From: an uncultured Myxococcales bacterium
Lineage (GTDB): Bacteria > Myxococcota_A > UBA9042
Assembly: GCA_937910235.1 (NCBI GenBank)
Contig: CALENB010000329.1
Span: 871-64,870 of the forward strand
Direction of reading: 5' to 3'
Length of the DNA: 64,000 nt
The translations under genes were made by a program, and so were the position numbers. Below the pieces are notes generated by a model. That model ran no database searches and was not told where the DNA came from. It was given only the letters and a program-made list of their open reading frames with translations. Positions 1 to 9,372 of this stretch are shown here, one piece after another. How positions within the stretch are numbered: position 1 is the first letter of the stretch; the number at the start of each line of letters is the position of its first letter.

Positions 1-1230
1 GTTGCAGGCGTCGCCGTCGCTGCACACCTTTGCAGCGCCGCCGACGCAATTGCCGCCTTTGCAGCCGTCGCCGGTCGTGCAGGCGTCACCGTCGTCGCAA
101 GCGCCAGCGCTCGCCTTGTGGGAGCAGCTGCCTGTGGCGCCGACGCAGCCGTCGCTGGTGCACGGGTTGCCGTCGTCACACGATTTGATGGCCTTGCCGC
201 CCTTGCAGACGCCGGCTTGGCACGTCTCGCCGCCGGTGCACTTCGAGCCGTCCGTGCAGACGTTGCCGGTTAGCTTGTCATGGCTACAGGTGCCGACCTT
301 GGCGTCGCAGGCGTCCTTAGTGCACGGGTTGCCGTCGTCACACGTCTTGGGACACACCGGCTTGCAGGCCGCGCTGGTCGCGGTCAGCTTGACGCAGTGC
401 TTGCCGCTCGCGCAGCCCGACTGCGCCAACGCGCCGTTTTTGCAGCCGCCGAGCTTGCCGTCGGGCAGGCAAATGGTCGCGCTACCCGCATTGGGGCACA
501 TACCGAAGACGCAGCGCACGCCGAGGCTGTCGTTGACGCATTTGCTACCATATTTAGCGCAATCGCCCTTGCCGCATTTGGTGTCGACGATGACGCTGCC
601 TTCACAATGTGGTTTGCACGTCGTCACCGGTGATTTTAGCAGCTTGCGCTGCTTCACCGTGTATGAGCTCGACACCGACCGCAGGTTGTATTTGCAGCCG
701 GGTTTGCAGCCCGCGCACTCCCACGCCCACACCGAACCCCACGGGTCGCCTTTCTCATAGAGGAAGATGTGGCCCGCGCCGTTGGTGTTGTAGTTGAAGG
801 CGTCTGCCTTCTGCGCCGACGAGCGCTTGATCGAGGTCCACCAGGTCGATTGGCCGGCGAAATGCACGGTGGCGTAGGGGTGGTAGGCGACGGTGAGGCT
901 TTTGGGCACCGCGATCTGCCACGCCTTGCCGACAAAACCAGAGCAATCAGCGCCCCACGAACCACTGTGTGTGCAGCTTGGGCATCCCGAGCTGCCGGCC
1001 TTCGGTGTACACAGGCCCTTTGCCGACGCGCCGGGCGACCACTTGCTGCCGCCCCACCAATACGAGAACCCCGGCACCGTCTTGGCGATCGCGACGATCT
1101 CGTCGCGGGTCATCTCGTTGGGCGCCGCCGATGTGATCGTCGGCGCGAACAGGAGCGCCGCGGCCACCGCGGTCGCCCAACGGAGCGCGGGCAAAGATGG
1201 ACGGCGTCGCTGGGTGCGAAGGCTGCTCAT
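1..1230 (-). CDS. Secreted NlpC/P60-like (putative peptidoglycan) peptidase followed by Cys-rich repeats; 3' end runs off the window
   Basis: Absent from the ORF track because there is no stop in the window. Manual translation from ATG 1230, which overlaps the upstream TGA as ATGA: MSSLRTQRRRPSLPALRWATAVAAALLFAPTITSAAPNEMTRDEIVAIAKTVPGFSYWWGG...GADCSGFVGKAW...GAGHIFLYEKG...then CDDGNPCTKDAC repeats. It has a signal peptide and the YxWGG / DCSG / GH motifs of NlpC/P60. Confidence 0.85.
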   Translation of the reverse strand, partial: MSSLRTQRRRPSLPALRWATAVAAALLFAPTITSAAPNEMTRDEIVAIAKTVPGFSYWWGGSKWSPGASAKGLCTPKAGSSGCPSCTHSGSWGADCSGFVGKAWQIAVPKSLTVAYHPYATVHFAGQSTWWTSIKRSSAQKADAFNYNTNGAGHIFLYEKGDPWGSVWAWECAGCKPGCKYNLRSVSSSYTVKQRKLLKSPVTTCKPHCEGSVIVDTKCGKGDCAKYGSKCVNDSLGVRCVFGMCPNAGSATICLPDGKLGGCKNGALAQSGCASGKHCVKLTATSAACKPVCPKTCDDGNPCTKDACDAKVGTCSHDKLTGNVCTDGSKCTGGETCQAGVCKGGKAIKSCDDGNPCTSDGCVGATGSCSHKASAGACDDGDACTTGDGCKGGNCVGGAAKVCSDGDACN

Positions 1231-2396
1231 GGTGCCCACCTCTCGACCACAGCGCCGTTGTTGCGCCGGGCGAGGTGCCAGAAGCTGCCTTCGGCGCCGA
1301 CCGCGAACGTGCGCAGCTGCTCATGCGGACCTTGTTCCAGCGTGGCGGAGCCGCGGAACTCAACCGCGCCCGTGCGGCCGACGCGCGCAACCTCTAGCCC
1401 TTCGGCCTCGATGGCGCCCGTCTCGCTCTCACGCAGCGTATTGGCGGCGATCCACACCCGGCCCCACGGGTCCGAGTCCAGCGTGCGCACAGCGTAGACG
1501 GGCAGATTGAAGCTGACCTCGGCGCGAAAGCTTGGCGGCAGCTCCGCGGCGTTGGAGGCTTTGAGCGACCGGCCGGTGATCTGGACCTTGTCGCCAGCGC
1601 GCATCGCGAAGAGGCCGAGATCGCCGACGAGGGCGGGGCGGCCCGGCAGCACACGGGCGCTGCGCACGACAGCGCCGGCTAGGTCGCCGAGCTGATGGAC
1701 GCGCTGGTGACCCCACTCGGCCCAGACGCCGCGATTATGAACGAAGATGCCCGTCACCCCGCCACCAAAAGCCAAGCCGGTCGGCCCCGGCAGCGCGTCG
1801 GGATCGAACGCTGCGGCGCCGTCGCCACGCAGCGGCAGCCGCCACCGCTCGGTGCCGTCACGGGCGTCGAGTGCCGCGACCACGCCGTTAGCCAAGCGGT
1901 CGAGCACCAGCACCAGCGCGACCTGCTGTGCGCCAGGCTCGCCGCGCTCGACCAACGCCAAATCCTGCGGCCACCGCAGCGTCACAGGCAGCCGCACATC
2001 GAACGTCGCAGTGTCCCGCGCCAGCCGCACGACACGCTCATTGTCTTGATCGAGGATCCACAATCGCCCAGCGCTGTCGCCCGCGATCGCCATCGGTGCG
2101 GTCGGATTCGCCTCTGCGCCCATCGTCATGCCGAGCGCGCTTGCCCCCGAACCCCAACCAAATCGCGCCACCTGGCGTCGTGCCGGCGAGGACGCTACGG
2201 ATTGGGCCGCGACACGCCCCACTGGCGCGGCGCTCGGCTCCGGCGCGGCGACGACGCGAACGGGCTGGGCAGGCCGCGCGAGCGTTTGACCTTCCGCTGG
2301 CCCCCGCTGGGCACAAGCAGAGACACAGCAGACCGCCAACAACGCCGCGACTGACGCTGCGCAGGGGCTTCTGGGGGCAACCAAGGTGCCGAACAT
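1227..2396 (-). CDS. Putative lipoprotein, beta-propeller (NHL-like)
   Basis: ATG 2396 is preceded by GGAGGT. Hydrophobic stretch ending VSAC, Pro/Ala linker, then blade-like motifs (PMAIAGDSAGRLWILDQDNERV; LDSDPWGRVWI). Translationally coupled to the NlpC/P60 gene. Confidence 0.7.
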   Translation of the reverse strand: MFGTLVAPRSPCAASVAALLAVCCVSACAQRGPAEGQTLARPAQPVRVVAAPEPSAAPVGRVAAQSVASSPARRQVARFGWGSGASALGMTMGAEANPTAPMAIAGDSAGRLWILDQDNERVVRLARDTATFDVRLPVTLRWPQDLALVERGEPGAQQVALVLVLDRLANGVVAALDARDGTERWRLPLRGDGAAAFDPDALPGPTGLAFGGGVTGIFVHNRGVWAEWGHQRVHQLGDLAGAVVRSARVLPGRPALVGDLGLFAMRAGDKVQITGRSLKASNAAELPPSFRAEVSFNLPVYAVRTLDSDPWGRVWIAANTLRESETGAIEAEGLEVARVGRTGAVEFRGSATLEQGPHEQLRTFAVGAEGSFWHLARRNNGAVVERWAP

Positions 2397-2493
2397 ATAG
2401 ACCTCCGTGCGAACGCACAGAGGGTGGTGGAATTTCGACCGGCCGGCAAGTTGGAAGTTGCGTGGGAGGCGCGAGGGTGCGCTTCGCGAATCG

Positions 2494-2533
2494 CCTGGCA
2501 CCTATCCTGGCACCTATCCGAGGGGCACCTATC
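2494..2533. repeat. Short tandem repeat CCTGGCACCTAT x2 plus a third GGCACCTATC between divergent genes
   Basis: Read directly: 2494-2505, 2506-2517, and GGCACCTATC at 2524-2533. Confidence 0.8.
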
Positions 2534-2623
2534 GAGGGCAGCCGAGTCCTATCTTCTGAAGTGCAATCGGAGCGCCGCGCGGGTCATCGCCGCGCCATGC
2601 CTGCGCCGCGGCAAGGAGTCGAC

Positions 2624-3787
2624 GTGAAGTGGACCGGCACAGAGGCCTGTAAAACCGTGATCTCCGCTGACCCAGACAAGGCGCGGGCGCTGGTGCGGAC
2701 GCGGGGGCGGTCGCGGCGTACGACACGCCCGTCGCTGCGCCAGCGCATCTCGACCCGCGAGGCCTTCCAAACCATCGCCCGCGCCGCTCTGTCGCAGATC
2801 GCCGCCAACGCCACGGTGCTGAGCCGAGGCCAAGACGCGGAGGCTGTACATCAGGTGCGCGTGGCTGCGCGACGGCTGAGGTGCGCGTTGTCGATGTTTC
2901 GTCCAATGGTGGATGACGACGGGCTCGCACACGTCAAGGGCGAGCTGCGCTGGTTGGCCCAGGCCATGAACGACGCACGAGACCTCGATGTCTTTCTCAG
3001 CGAGACCGCCGAACCAGCGCGGACACAGTCCGATGCGACCCTCGACCTCGACACGCTGATCGCAGAGGTGAAGTCCGCGCGGGTCGCGGCTCACGCACGG
3101 GTGCAAGCGCGCCTGACCTCCGATCGCTATCGAAGTCTGCTGCGTGAGGTTGACGCTTGGGTGGAGCGCGGCGACTGGCTGAGCGACGACCGCCCAGGTG
3201 CTCAGCGACAGCGCCGCCGGTCGGCCCGAGATTTCGGGGTGGAAGCGCTCGACAAGCGCTGGCGCAAACTGATCAAGCGCGGTCGCAGCTTGAAAAAGCA
3301 GACCACCGCCGAGCGTCATCAGGTGCGCATGGAAGCCAAGAAGCTGCGCTACGCCGCGGAAGCCTTCGCCCCCTTCTTCCCTGGCCGACACGTCACAAGA
3401 TTCATCGCGCGCGCCAAGGCGCTCCAGGATGACTTGGGCGCGTTGAATGACATCGCCACCGCCCGCTCGGTCGTCGGCAAGCTGCGCATGGCTTCAGGGC
3501 CGGCGTTCACGGCCGGTCGGTTGGTCGGCGCGCGGACCGCAGACGCGGCACAAGCCATCTCCCAAGCCGTCTCCGTGCTGAAGCGGTTGAAGAGGGCGGG
3601 GCCGTTCTGGCGCGCGCACCCCGTCTTTTCGGGCCGTCTGCGCCAAGCTGCTCAGCCTCAACCGGTCGCCCAGCACCTACAAGCCACAAGCCATGCCCGC
3701 ACGCCCGCTACTGCGCCCAGTTCGTCGTCAACCAATACGGCCAAGGCCCAAAATCCTTCGCCGCATCCTTGCCCCGCACCTCGATGA
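2624..3787 (+). CDS. CHAD domain protein (polyphosphate-binding family)
   Basis: Motifs VHQVRVAARRLR, RDLDVFL, RHQVRMEAKKLRYAAE, LQDDLGALND. GTG 2624 follows AAGGAG; alternative ATG at 2597. Confidence 0.85.
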   Translation: MKWTGTEACKTVISADPDKARALVRTRGRSRRTTRPSLRQRISTREAFQTIARAALSQIAANATVLSRGQDAEAVHQVRVAARRLRCALSMFRPMVDDDGLAHVKGELRWLAQAMNDARDLDVFLSETAEPARTQSDATLDLDTLIAEVKSARVAAHARVQARLTSDRYRSLLREVDAWVERGDWLSDDRPGAQRQRRRSARDFGVEALDKRWRKLIKRGRSLKKQTTAERHQVRMEAKKLRYAAEAFAPFFPGRHVTRFIARAKALQDDLGALNDIATARSVVGKLRMASGPAFTAGRLVGARTADAAQAISQAVSVLKRLKRAGPFWRAHPVFSGRLRQAAQPQPVAQHLQATSHARTPATAPSSSSTNTAKAQNPSPHPCPAPR

Positions 3788-6700
3788 TGAACATCCCCGC
3801 CCCAGCCGGGCACTTATTGGTGCTGTGGCAGTTCACGCTCTCCCCAGCCGTGCCCGCGTTTGTGCTCGACCGCGTCGCCAGATACGTGCCATCGCCCTTG
3901 AAGATATGCAGGTACAGGTCGTAGTCCTTCACCATCGGCGCCAAGCTCGCCGCGGCGATGCCGCCGTACAGCACGTAATAGTCGCGGTCGCCCTTCTCGC
4001 CCAGCATCGCTTGCAGCTTGTGCGTCCAACCGCCACCGCTGGCATACACATCACGAAACGCCGAGATGCGGAACGCGCGCGAGTCCTTCAGCGGATCCTT
4101 CGTCGTCTTCGGGTCGAACACCTTATTGCGGATATCATTGGGCTCAAACGGGTCAAACCCACCCGTCGGATAGTGGCCGCGGCTCGTGCCGTTGATGGTG
4201 CCGGCGTTCAACACGTTGCGCTCCGTGTACGTGCCCGCCCCCAGCGAGTAGCAGTTCAGCGAGTTGTTGCTGCCCGATGTGAAGATGATGTCGAGCCGCC
4301 CGTCGCGGTTGATGTCGCCAATGATCGGCGGATCGGCCGAGATATTCAGCGGAAAGCCGTCCATCACCTTGCCGGCCTTGTAGATCGTCAGCCCGCCCGC
4401 GCCGTTGCCGATCCGCTCGTAGGTGCCGTCGCCGTCGATGTCCACGACCGGTCCGTGAGCCGGGTACAGCTTGCCGGTTAGGTCCAACGTGCCGTCCGGT
4501 TTCACCGGCGCCAGGGTCGGCGCCGCGCCCCAGCCGAGCTTGCCGGAGAGGGCGTGTGGGGTGCCGTCCTTCTTCCACAGGTCCGAATTACTCGCCGAGA
4601 AGCTGTGGTAGACCTCGTTGACCCCGTCCCCGTCCGCGTCTGCATAGAACGCCCAGCGGCCCTCGCCGGCGTAGCTCGTCGGGTAGCCCTTCACCTCGTA
4701 GAACGGCAGGTTTGCCTTGGTCCAGGTCGGGTCATTAGCGTAGGTGCCGTCGAGGTTGAACGCATAGAGCCGGCCCTTGCAGCTCGTCGGATCGGCCACA
4801 CACGTCCAGTTGCCCGAGCCCAAGAACAGCTGCACCACGCCGTCGCCCTTCAGATCGAACGCGCCCGCCGAAGCCAAGCTGAAGCTCTCGCCCGGCAGCG
4901 GCGCCAGCGGCACCATCTTCTTCACCTTCAACGTCTTATCCAACAAGATCAGCTGATACGGCGAATTTCCGGTCGCTAAGATGTCGTTGGCGCCATCGCC
5001 ATCGAAGTCGAACACCAGCGCGCCGTAGTAGCCCCGCGCGCCCGGCGTCTTGTAGCTCGCCAGCACCGCGCCGTTGCCCCCGTTGAGGATGAACACGTTC
5101 TGAGCGTGGTCCGGCATCACCAAGTCCACCGTCGCGTCGCCGTTCATGTCCGCCACCGCCGGGTACGAGTAGCTCACGCTCATCGCCGTCTTCCACAGCG
5201 TTGAGCCGTCGTGTTTGTAGGCCCGCGCCGCCCCCGCGTTGCGCGCGATGACCTCGAGGTTGTTGTCGCCGTCGAGCTGCGCGATCGCCGGAAAGCCCGA
5301 AGATCCGCCCAAAAAGATCGGCCAGGCCCCCTCGCACTTGGTCGGGCAGTGCGCGTCTTTCACCTTCTGGTTGCAGTTGTTGAGGATGCCGTCACACAGC
5401 TCCGGCGCGTTCGGATAGGCCGTCGATTTTGAGTCATCGCAGTCGTCGTTGGTCGTGCTGTAGCCCAGCGGCGCCTCGCCCGTGGCCGTCAGGCAGTGCT
5501 TCTGCACCTTGGCGTTCTTGCTGCCAAAGCCGTCGCCGTCCACGTCCGTGTAGATGTTCGCCAGGGGCAGCTTGTCGTCGATAAAGCCGTTGCAGTCGTC
5601 GTCCGTGCCGTTGCAGAGCTCCTTCGCCGCGGGGTGGATCGCCTTGTTGTAGTCGTTGCAATCGCCCGATTTCTCGACGTACCCCGTCACCGCCGCGCAG
5701 TCCTGCAGCGTGCTCACCGAGCCGTAGCCGTCGCCGTCGTTGTCCTTGTAGTAGGTCTTGATCAGGCCCTCATCCACCTGCGTATTGCAGTTGTCGTCGA
5801 GCTTGTTGCAGATCTCCTTGGCCGCCGGGTTGATCTTGCCGTTGCCGTCATCGCAGTCGCCGGTCTTGGTCGCCGTCCACGTACCCGTCGATTTACACAA
5901 GCACTGCGCGCTCACCTTGGCGCCGTAGGTGTCCTTGTCCACATCGGGATAGAACTGCGTGCAGCCCGTCGACCCCTGCGGATCGGTCACATTGTCGCAG
6001 TTATCGTCCTTGCCATTGCAGACCTCCAACGCCCCGGGCTTGATGTTGGCGTCCTTGTCGTCGCAGTCGCCGCTCACAAACGCCGTGTAGGGGAACGCCG
6101 GCGCGCTCAGGCACTGCTTGTCCGTCGCCACGCCAAAGCCGTCCTGATCGCCGTCCTTGTAGACCTGTTTACAGCCCTGGCAGTTGGCCTCGTCGATCTC
6201 GCCGTTGCAGTTGTTGTCCTTCTTGTCCTGGCAGAGCTCCGTCAACGCCGGGCTCTTCGCCGCGTCGTTGTCATCGCAATCGCCGGCCTTCTTCGCGGTC
6301 AAATCGCCCGTCGGCGCGCACAGACACACAGCCCCGCTCGCCCCGCTCAGCCCGCCGATGACCTTGACGCCGTAGCCGTCGCCGTCGGCGTCTTGGTAGT
6401 AGTCCGTGCAGCCCTGCGCGCCCTTGTCCGTCTCGCCCGCGGTGCAGTTGTCATCCTTGCTGTTGCCGCAGATCTCCGGCGCGTCCGGGTTCACCGCCTT
6501 GTCCTTGTCGTCGCAGTCGCCGCCCTTCGTCGCGCTGAACTGGCTGACTTTTTTGCACAGGCATTTCTTCTGCGTGCCGCCCCAGCCGTCGCCGTCCTGG
6601 TCGAGCCACAAGAAGCCACAGCCCACGGCGTCTTCCTCGTCTGTGATGCCGTCGCAGTCGTTGTCGACCCCGTCGCAGACCTCCTTCGCCGCGTGCGAGA

Positions 6701-8198
6701 TCGCCGGATCTTCGGGCTTGCAGTCGGTGTTGTCCGGGTCGCCGTCCCCGTCCTTGTCGCCATCACAAGCGTCGCCAGCGCCGTCCTTGTCCGTGTCTTT
6801 CTGGTCGGCGTTTTTGGTGAAGACGCAGTTGTCCGGCGTCACCGGTTTCGGACATTCCACCCCGTCGCTCGAGAGCCCAGCGTTGGCCACGCCGTCGTCG
6901 TCGATGTCGCAGTCGCAGGCGTCGCCCTTGCCGTCCTTATCCGTGTCCGTCTGGGCCTTGTTCGGCACCAACGGGCAGGTGTCGTTGCTGTCAAAAACGC
7001 CGTCGTTGTCATCATCGGGATCGCAGGCGTCGCCGAGGCTGTCGTTGTCGTTGTCCGTCTGGCTGACGTTGCTGGTGAGCGGGCAGTTGTCCTGGCCGTC
7101 GAGCACCGTGTCGTTGTCATCATCGCCATCGACGCAGTCGGCCTCGCCGTCCTTGTCCGTGTCCGGGAACCCCTCATCCACCGCGCCCGAGCAGTTGTCG
7201 TCGATGCCGTTGCACACCTCGGGGGTCGGGTTGCTGCCCTGGCAGAGCGTCGTGCCGGCCACACACAGCGTCGAGCCTTTGCACGTGCCGTATTTGTTGG
7301 AGATGTCGCAGGAGATGGAGGCCACCGATTCGTCCGTCTGGCCATCGCAGTCGTCGTCGGTCAGGTTGCAGGCCTCCGCGCTGGGCACCTGACCGCTGCA
7401 TTTGCCCGCTTTTCCGGCCTGACAGATGTAGCTGCCCGGACACGAGCCCTCGGCGTTGGTGAGCTGGCAGAAGCCTTTTTTGCCGTCCGGGCACGGGCAC
7501 TCGCCGCTGTCGGGCACACACGCCTGGGTGTCGCCGCCGCTCAGGGTCTTGGCGCCAGTGCAGGTGAACCCCGCGCCGACGCAGGCGTCGGTCTTGCCGC
7601 TGCCCGCCCCACACGCCTCGGCGCAGAAGCCGCCGCCGGCGAGCTGGATGCACACACCGCCGCTGGCCTTGCCGGCGACCGCGCAGTCCTTGTCGTTGGC
7701 GCACGGCGCGCAGCGGAAGGGCGACTTGTGCACACACACGTAGACCACGTCGCTCGCGGAGAGCAGCTCTTTGCAGGTGAAGTCGGTTGGGCAGGACGTG
7801 ACGCAGATCTGCGCGCAGAAGCGGCCGTCAGGCGTGGGCAGGCAGTAGCCCGACGTGCAGTCGTCATTGGAGGTACAGGCCTGCTGCGTGATCGTGGCGT
7901 CGGGCGGCACGTCGCCGGTGGCCACGTCGAGCGGCGCGGCGTCGGGCGGCACATCGAGGCTGACGGTGTCGGTGGCCCCGACCGTATCCGCGGCGCCGCT
8001 GTCGTTGAGGCCGCCATCGGTGAGCACGGCGCCGTCGAGGCCGGCGTCGACCTTAAGGCCCGCGGCGTCACCGCTGACCGCCTGCGAGTCGTCACTGCAG
8101 CCAGCCGCGAGCCCCACGACGAGCGGAACGAGCGCGATGATCAGCAGCGCAGAGAGACGGAGAGACAGGGCGCGACGCGCGACAAACAGTGGATTCAT
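3708..8198 (-). CDS. 1496-aa lipoprotein: Cys-rich region, thrombospondin type-3 repeats, MopE-like 'putative metal-binding' repeats, FG-GAP/VCBS propeller, C-terminal PPC-like domain
   Basis: Lipobox AAGC; DNCP..N..QTD.D.D..GDACD (TSP3); DCDD....NP.A.EICN..DDNC repeats; DMNGD/DINRDGRLD (FG-GAP); GDRDYY...DYDLYL tail. Confidence 0.9.
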   Translation of the reverse strand: MNPLFVARRALSLRLSALLIIALVPLVVGLAAGCSDDSQAVSGDAAGLKVDAGLDGAVLTDGGLNDSGAADTVGATDTVSLDVPPDAAPLDVATGDVPPDATITQQACTSNDDCTSGYCLPTPDGRFCAQICVTSCPTDFTCKELLSASDVVYVCVHKSPFRCAPCANDKDCAVAGKASGGVCIQLAGGGFCAEACGAGSGKTDACVGAGFTCTGAKTLSGGDTQACVPDSGECPCPDGKKGFCQLTNAEGSCPGSYICQAGKAGKCSGQVPSAEACNLTDDDCDGQTDESVASISCDISNKYGTCKGSTLCVAGTTLCQGSNPTPEVCNGIDDNCSGAVDEGFPDTDKDGEADCVDGDDDNDTVLDGQDNCPLTSNVSQTDNDNDSLGDACDPDDDNDGVFDSNDTCPLVPNKAQTDTDKDGKGDACDCDIDDDGVANAGLSSDGVECPKPVTPDNCVFTKNADQKDTDKDGAGDACDGDKDGDGDPDNTDCKPEDPAISHAAKEVCDGVDNDCDGITDEEDAVGCGFLWLDQDGDGWGGTQKKCLCKKVSQFSATKGGDCDDKDKAVNPDAPEICGNSKDDNCTAGETDKGAQGCTDYYQDADGDGYGVKVIGGLSGASGAVCLCAPTGDLTAKKAGDCDDNDAAKSPALTELCQDKKDNNCNGEIDEANCQGCKQVYKDGDQDGFGVATDKQCLSAPAFPYTAFVSGDCDDKDANIKPGALEVCNGKDDNCDNVTDPQGSTGCTQFYPDVDKDTYGAKVSAQCLCKSTGTWTATKTGDCDDGNGKINPAAKEICNKLDDNCNTQVDEGLIKTYYKDNDGDGYGSVSTLQDCAAVTGYVEKSGDCNDYNKAIHPAAKELCNGTDDDCNGFIDDKLPLANIYTDVDGDGFGSKNAKVQKHCLTATGEAPLGYSTTNDDCDDSKSTAYPNAPELCDGILNNCNQKVKDAHCPTKCEGAWPIFLGGSSGFPAIAQLDGDNNLEVIARNAGAARAYKHDGSTLWKTAMSVSYSYPAVADMNGDATVDLVMPDHAQNVFILNGGNGAVLASYKTPGARGYYGALVFDFDGDGANDILATGNSPYQLILLDKTLKVKKMVPLAPLPGESFSLASAGAFDLKGDGVVQLFLGSGNWTCVADPTSCKGRLYAFNLDGTYANDPTWTKANLPFYEVKGYPTSYAGEGRWAFYADADGDGVNEVYHSFSASNSDLWKKDGTPHALSGKLGWGAAPTLAPVKPDGTLDLTGKLYPAHGPVVDIDGDGTYERIGNGAGGLTIYKAGKVMDGFPLNISADPPIIGDINRDGRLDIIFTSGSNNSLNCYSLGAGTYTERNVLNAGTINGTSRGHYPTGGFDPFEPNDIRNKVFDPKTTKDPLKDSRAFRISAFRDVYASGGGWTHKLQAMLGEKGDRDYYVLYGGIAAASLAPMVKDYDLYLHIFKGDGTYLATRSSTNAGTAGESVNCHSTNKCPAGAGMFIIEVRGKDAAKDFGPWPYWLTTNWAQ

Positions 8199-8329
8199 GA
8201 GGCCTCGGTGCGCGCATGAGAGCTAGAACGAGGGCGCGCGCTGGTGCGTCACCGTACCACATGTCGTTACAACGACGCGTTGGTGATCCGCCGTTTTCTC
8301 GATGTTGGACGGCCCGGTGTCGCCTCTCG

Positions 8330-8606
8330 CCAGACGTCGCAGGCGCTGTATGGCGTCATCGAGATGAGCAACCCGCGCACGCCAGAGGTCACGCAGGTGT
8401 TTCAGGGCGCCGCAGCGGACCTCGCGTCGATGCTGGCGGCCGGCGATCAACCTGGCTTTGAGGCCTTGTTTGCGGAGGTGCAGACGTAGTTTGGGGACTT
8501 CACCGTCGCAGCGCGGGAGCAGAGTCGCATCCTGATCGACAGCTTGGTGGAGCCGACCGCGGGGCGGACCGACGCCGGCGCCGATGGGCTCCCGATGCGG
8601 TCGTAG
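8330..8606 (+). pseudogene. tyrA: C-terminal remnant of prephenate dehydrogenase (TyrA) with an in-frame TAG at 8487-8489
   Basis: QALYGVIEMSNP...GDQPGFEALFAEVQT*FGDFTVAAREQSRILIDSLVE resembles the TyrA C-terminal helices (E. coli ...LYADIIMS...GDKQAF...VEHWFGDY...ESRVLL, from memory). There is no N-terminal Rossmann domain or start. Confidence 0.65.
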
Positions 8607-8611
8607 CCAGA

Positions 8612-9181
8612 CTATTTCTTCTTCTTCTTGCCCTTCTTGTACTTGCTCAACGCCCGGCTCGCCGCGCCGTCCGCGCTGATCAGCTTGCTGATAATTGGCT
8701 CGAGCGCCGCCATCGCCGTCGCCTCATCCGTCGGCGCCGCGGCCGCCATCGCCGCGTTGACCTCAGTCACCGCCTCGCGGGCCTTCTCCATCGCCTCGGA
8801 GCGCTTCTTCGACTCCTCTTTGCCCAGCTTCAGCTTGCCCAGCTTCGTGATGGTGCTCTCCAGGCCCGCGCGCTTTGATTTGACCTCGCCAACCCGGTTC
8901 GTCAGCTTGCCGATGGTCTCATTGGCGGCCTTCATCTGCTTGGCCTTCTCTTCGTCGCCCTTTGCTGTCGCCGCCGCCACCCACGCCTTCTTGGCCGTGG
9001 CCTGCTGGGTCTCGAGGGCCGCCTTGAACGTCGGGAACTCGCTCGTCAGCGTCGTCACGTTGGTGTTGCTGCGCTCCCAGTCCTTCTTCTCGCCGTCCAC
9101 ACTTGGACCACAAGCGCTGAGCGCCACCGCCAAGCTGAGTACGAGGGCGACCAGAGGCGCAAAAATAGACCGTTTCGACAT
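8612..9181 (-). CDS. Helical lipoprotein with Lys-rich C-terminal tail
   Basis: ATG 9181 with GGGAG upstream; lipobox LSAC; Ala/Lys/Glu coiled-coil composition; ends KYKKGKKKKK. Confidence 0.85.
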   Translation of the reverse strand: MSKRSIFAPLVALVLSLAVALSACGPSVDGEKKDWERSNTNVTTLTSEFPTFKAALETQQATAKKAWVAAATAKGDEEKAKQMKAANETIGKLTNRVGEVKSKRAGLESTITKLGKLKLGKEESKKRSEAMEKAREAVTEVNAAMAAAAPTDEATAMAALEPIISKLISADGAASRALSKYKKGKKKKK

Positions 9182-9372
9182 GACGAGCTCCCAGTGCAGT
9201 GAGGCTGAGCGCGCCATCAAAACAGGTGGCTCAGCCAGGGGTGATGTCGCAGTCTAGCACGGCTTTTGACCCTGTTTACTGCCCGCTGCGGTGCTTTTGA
9301 TGGCCGCGATCAACGGCGTGGCGCGGGTCGTCAAGACCGCCGCCGGGCGTCACCCGGACCCCCGCCCGCGCG

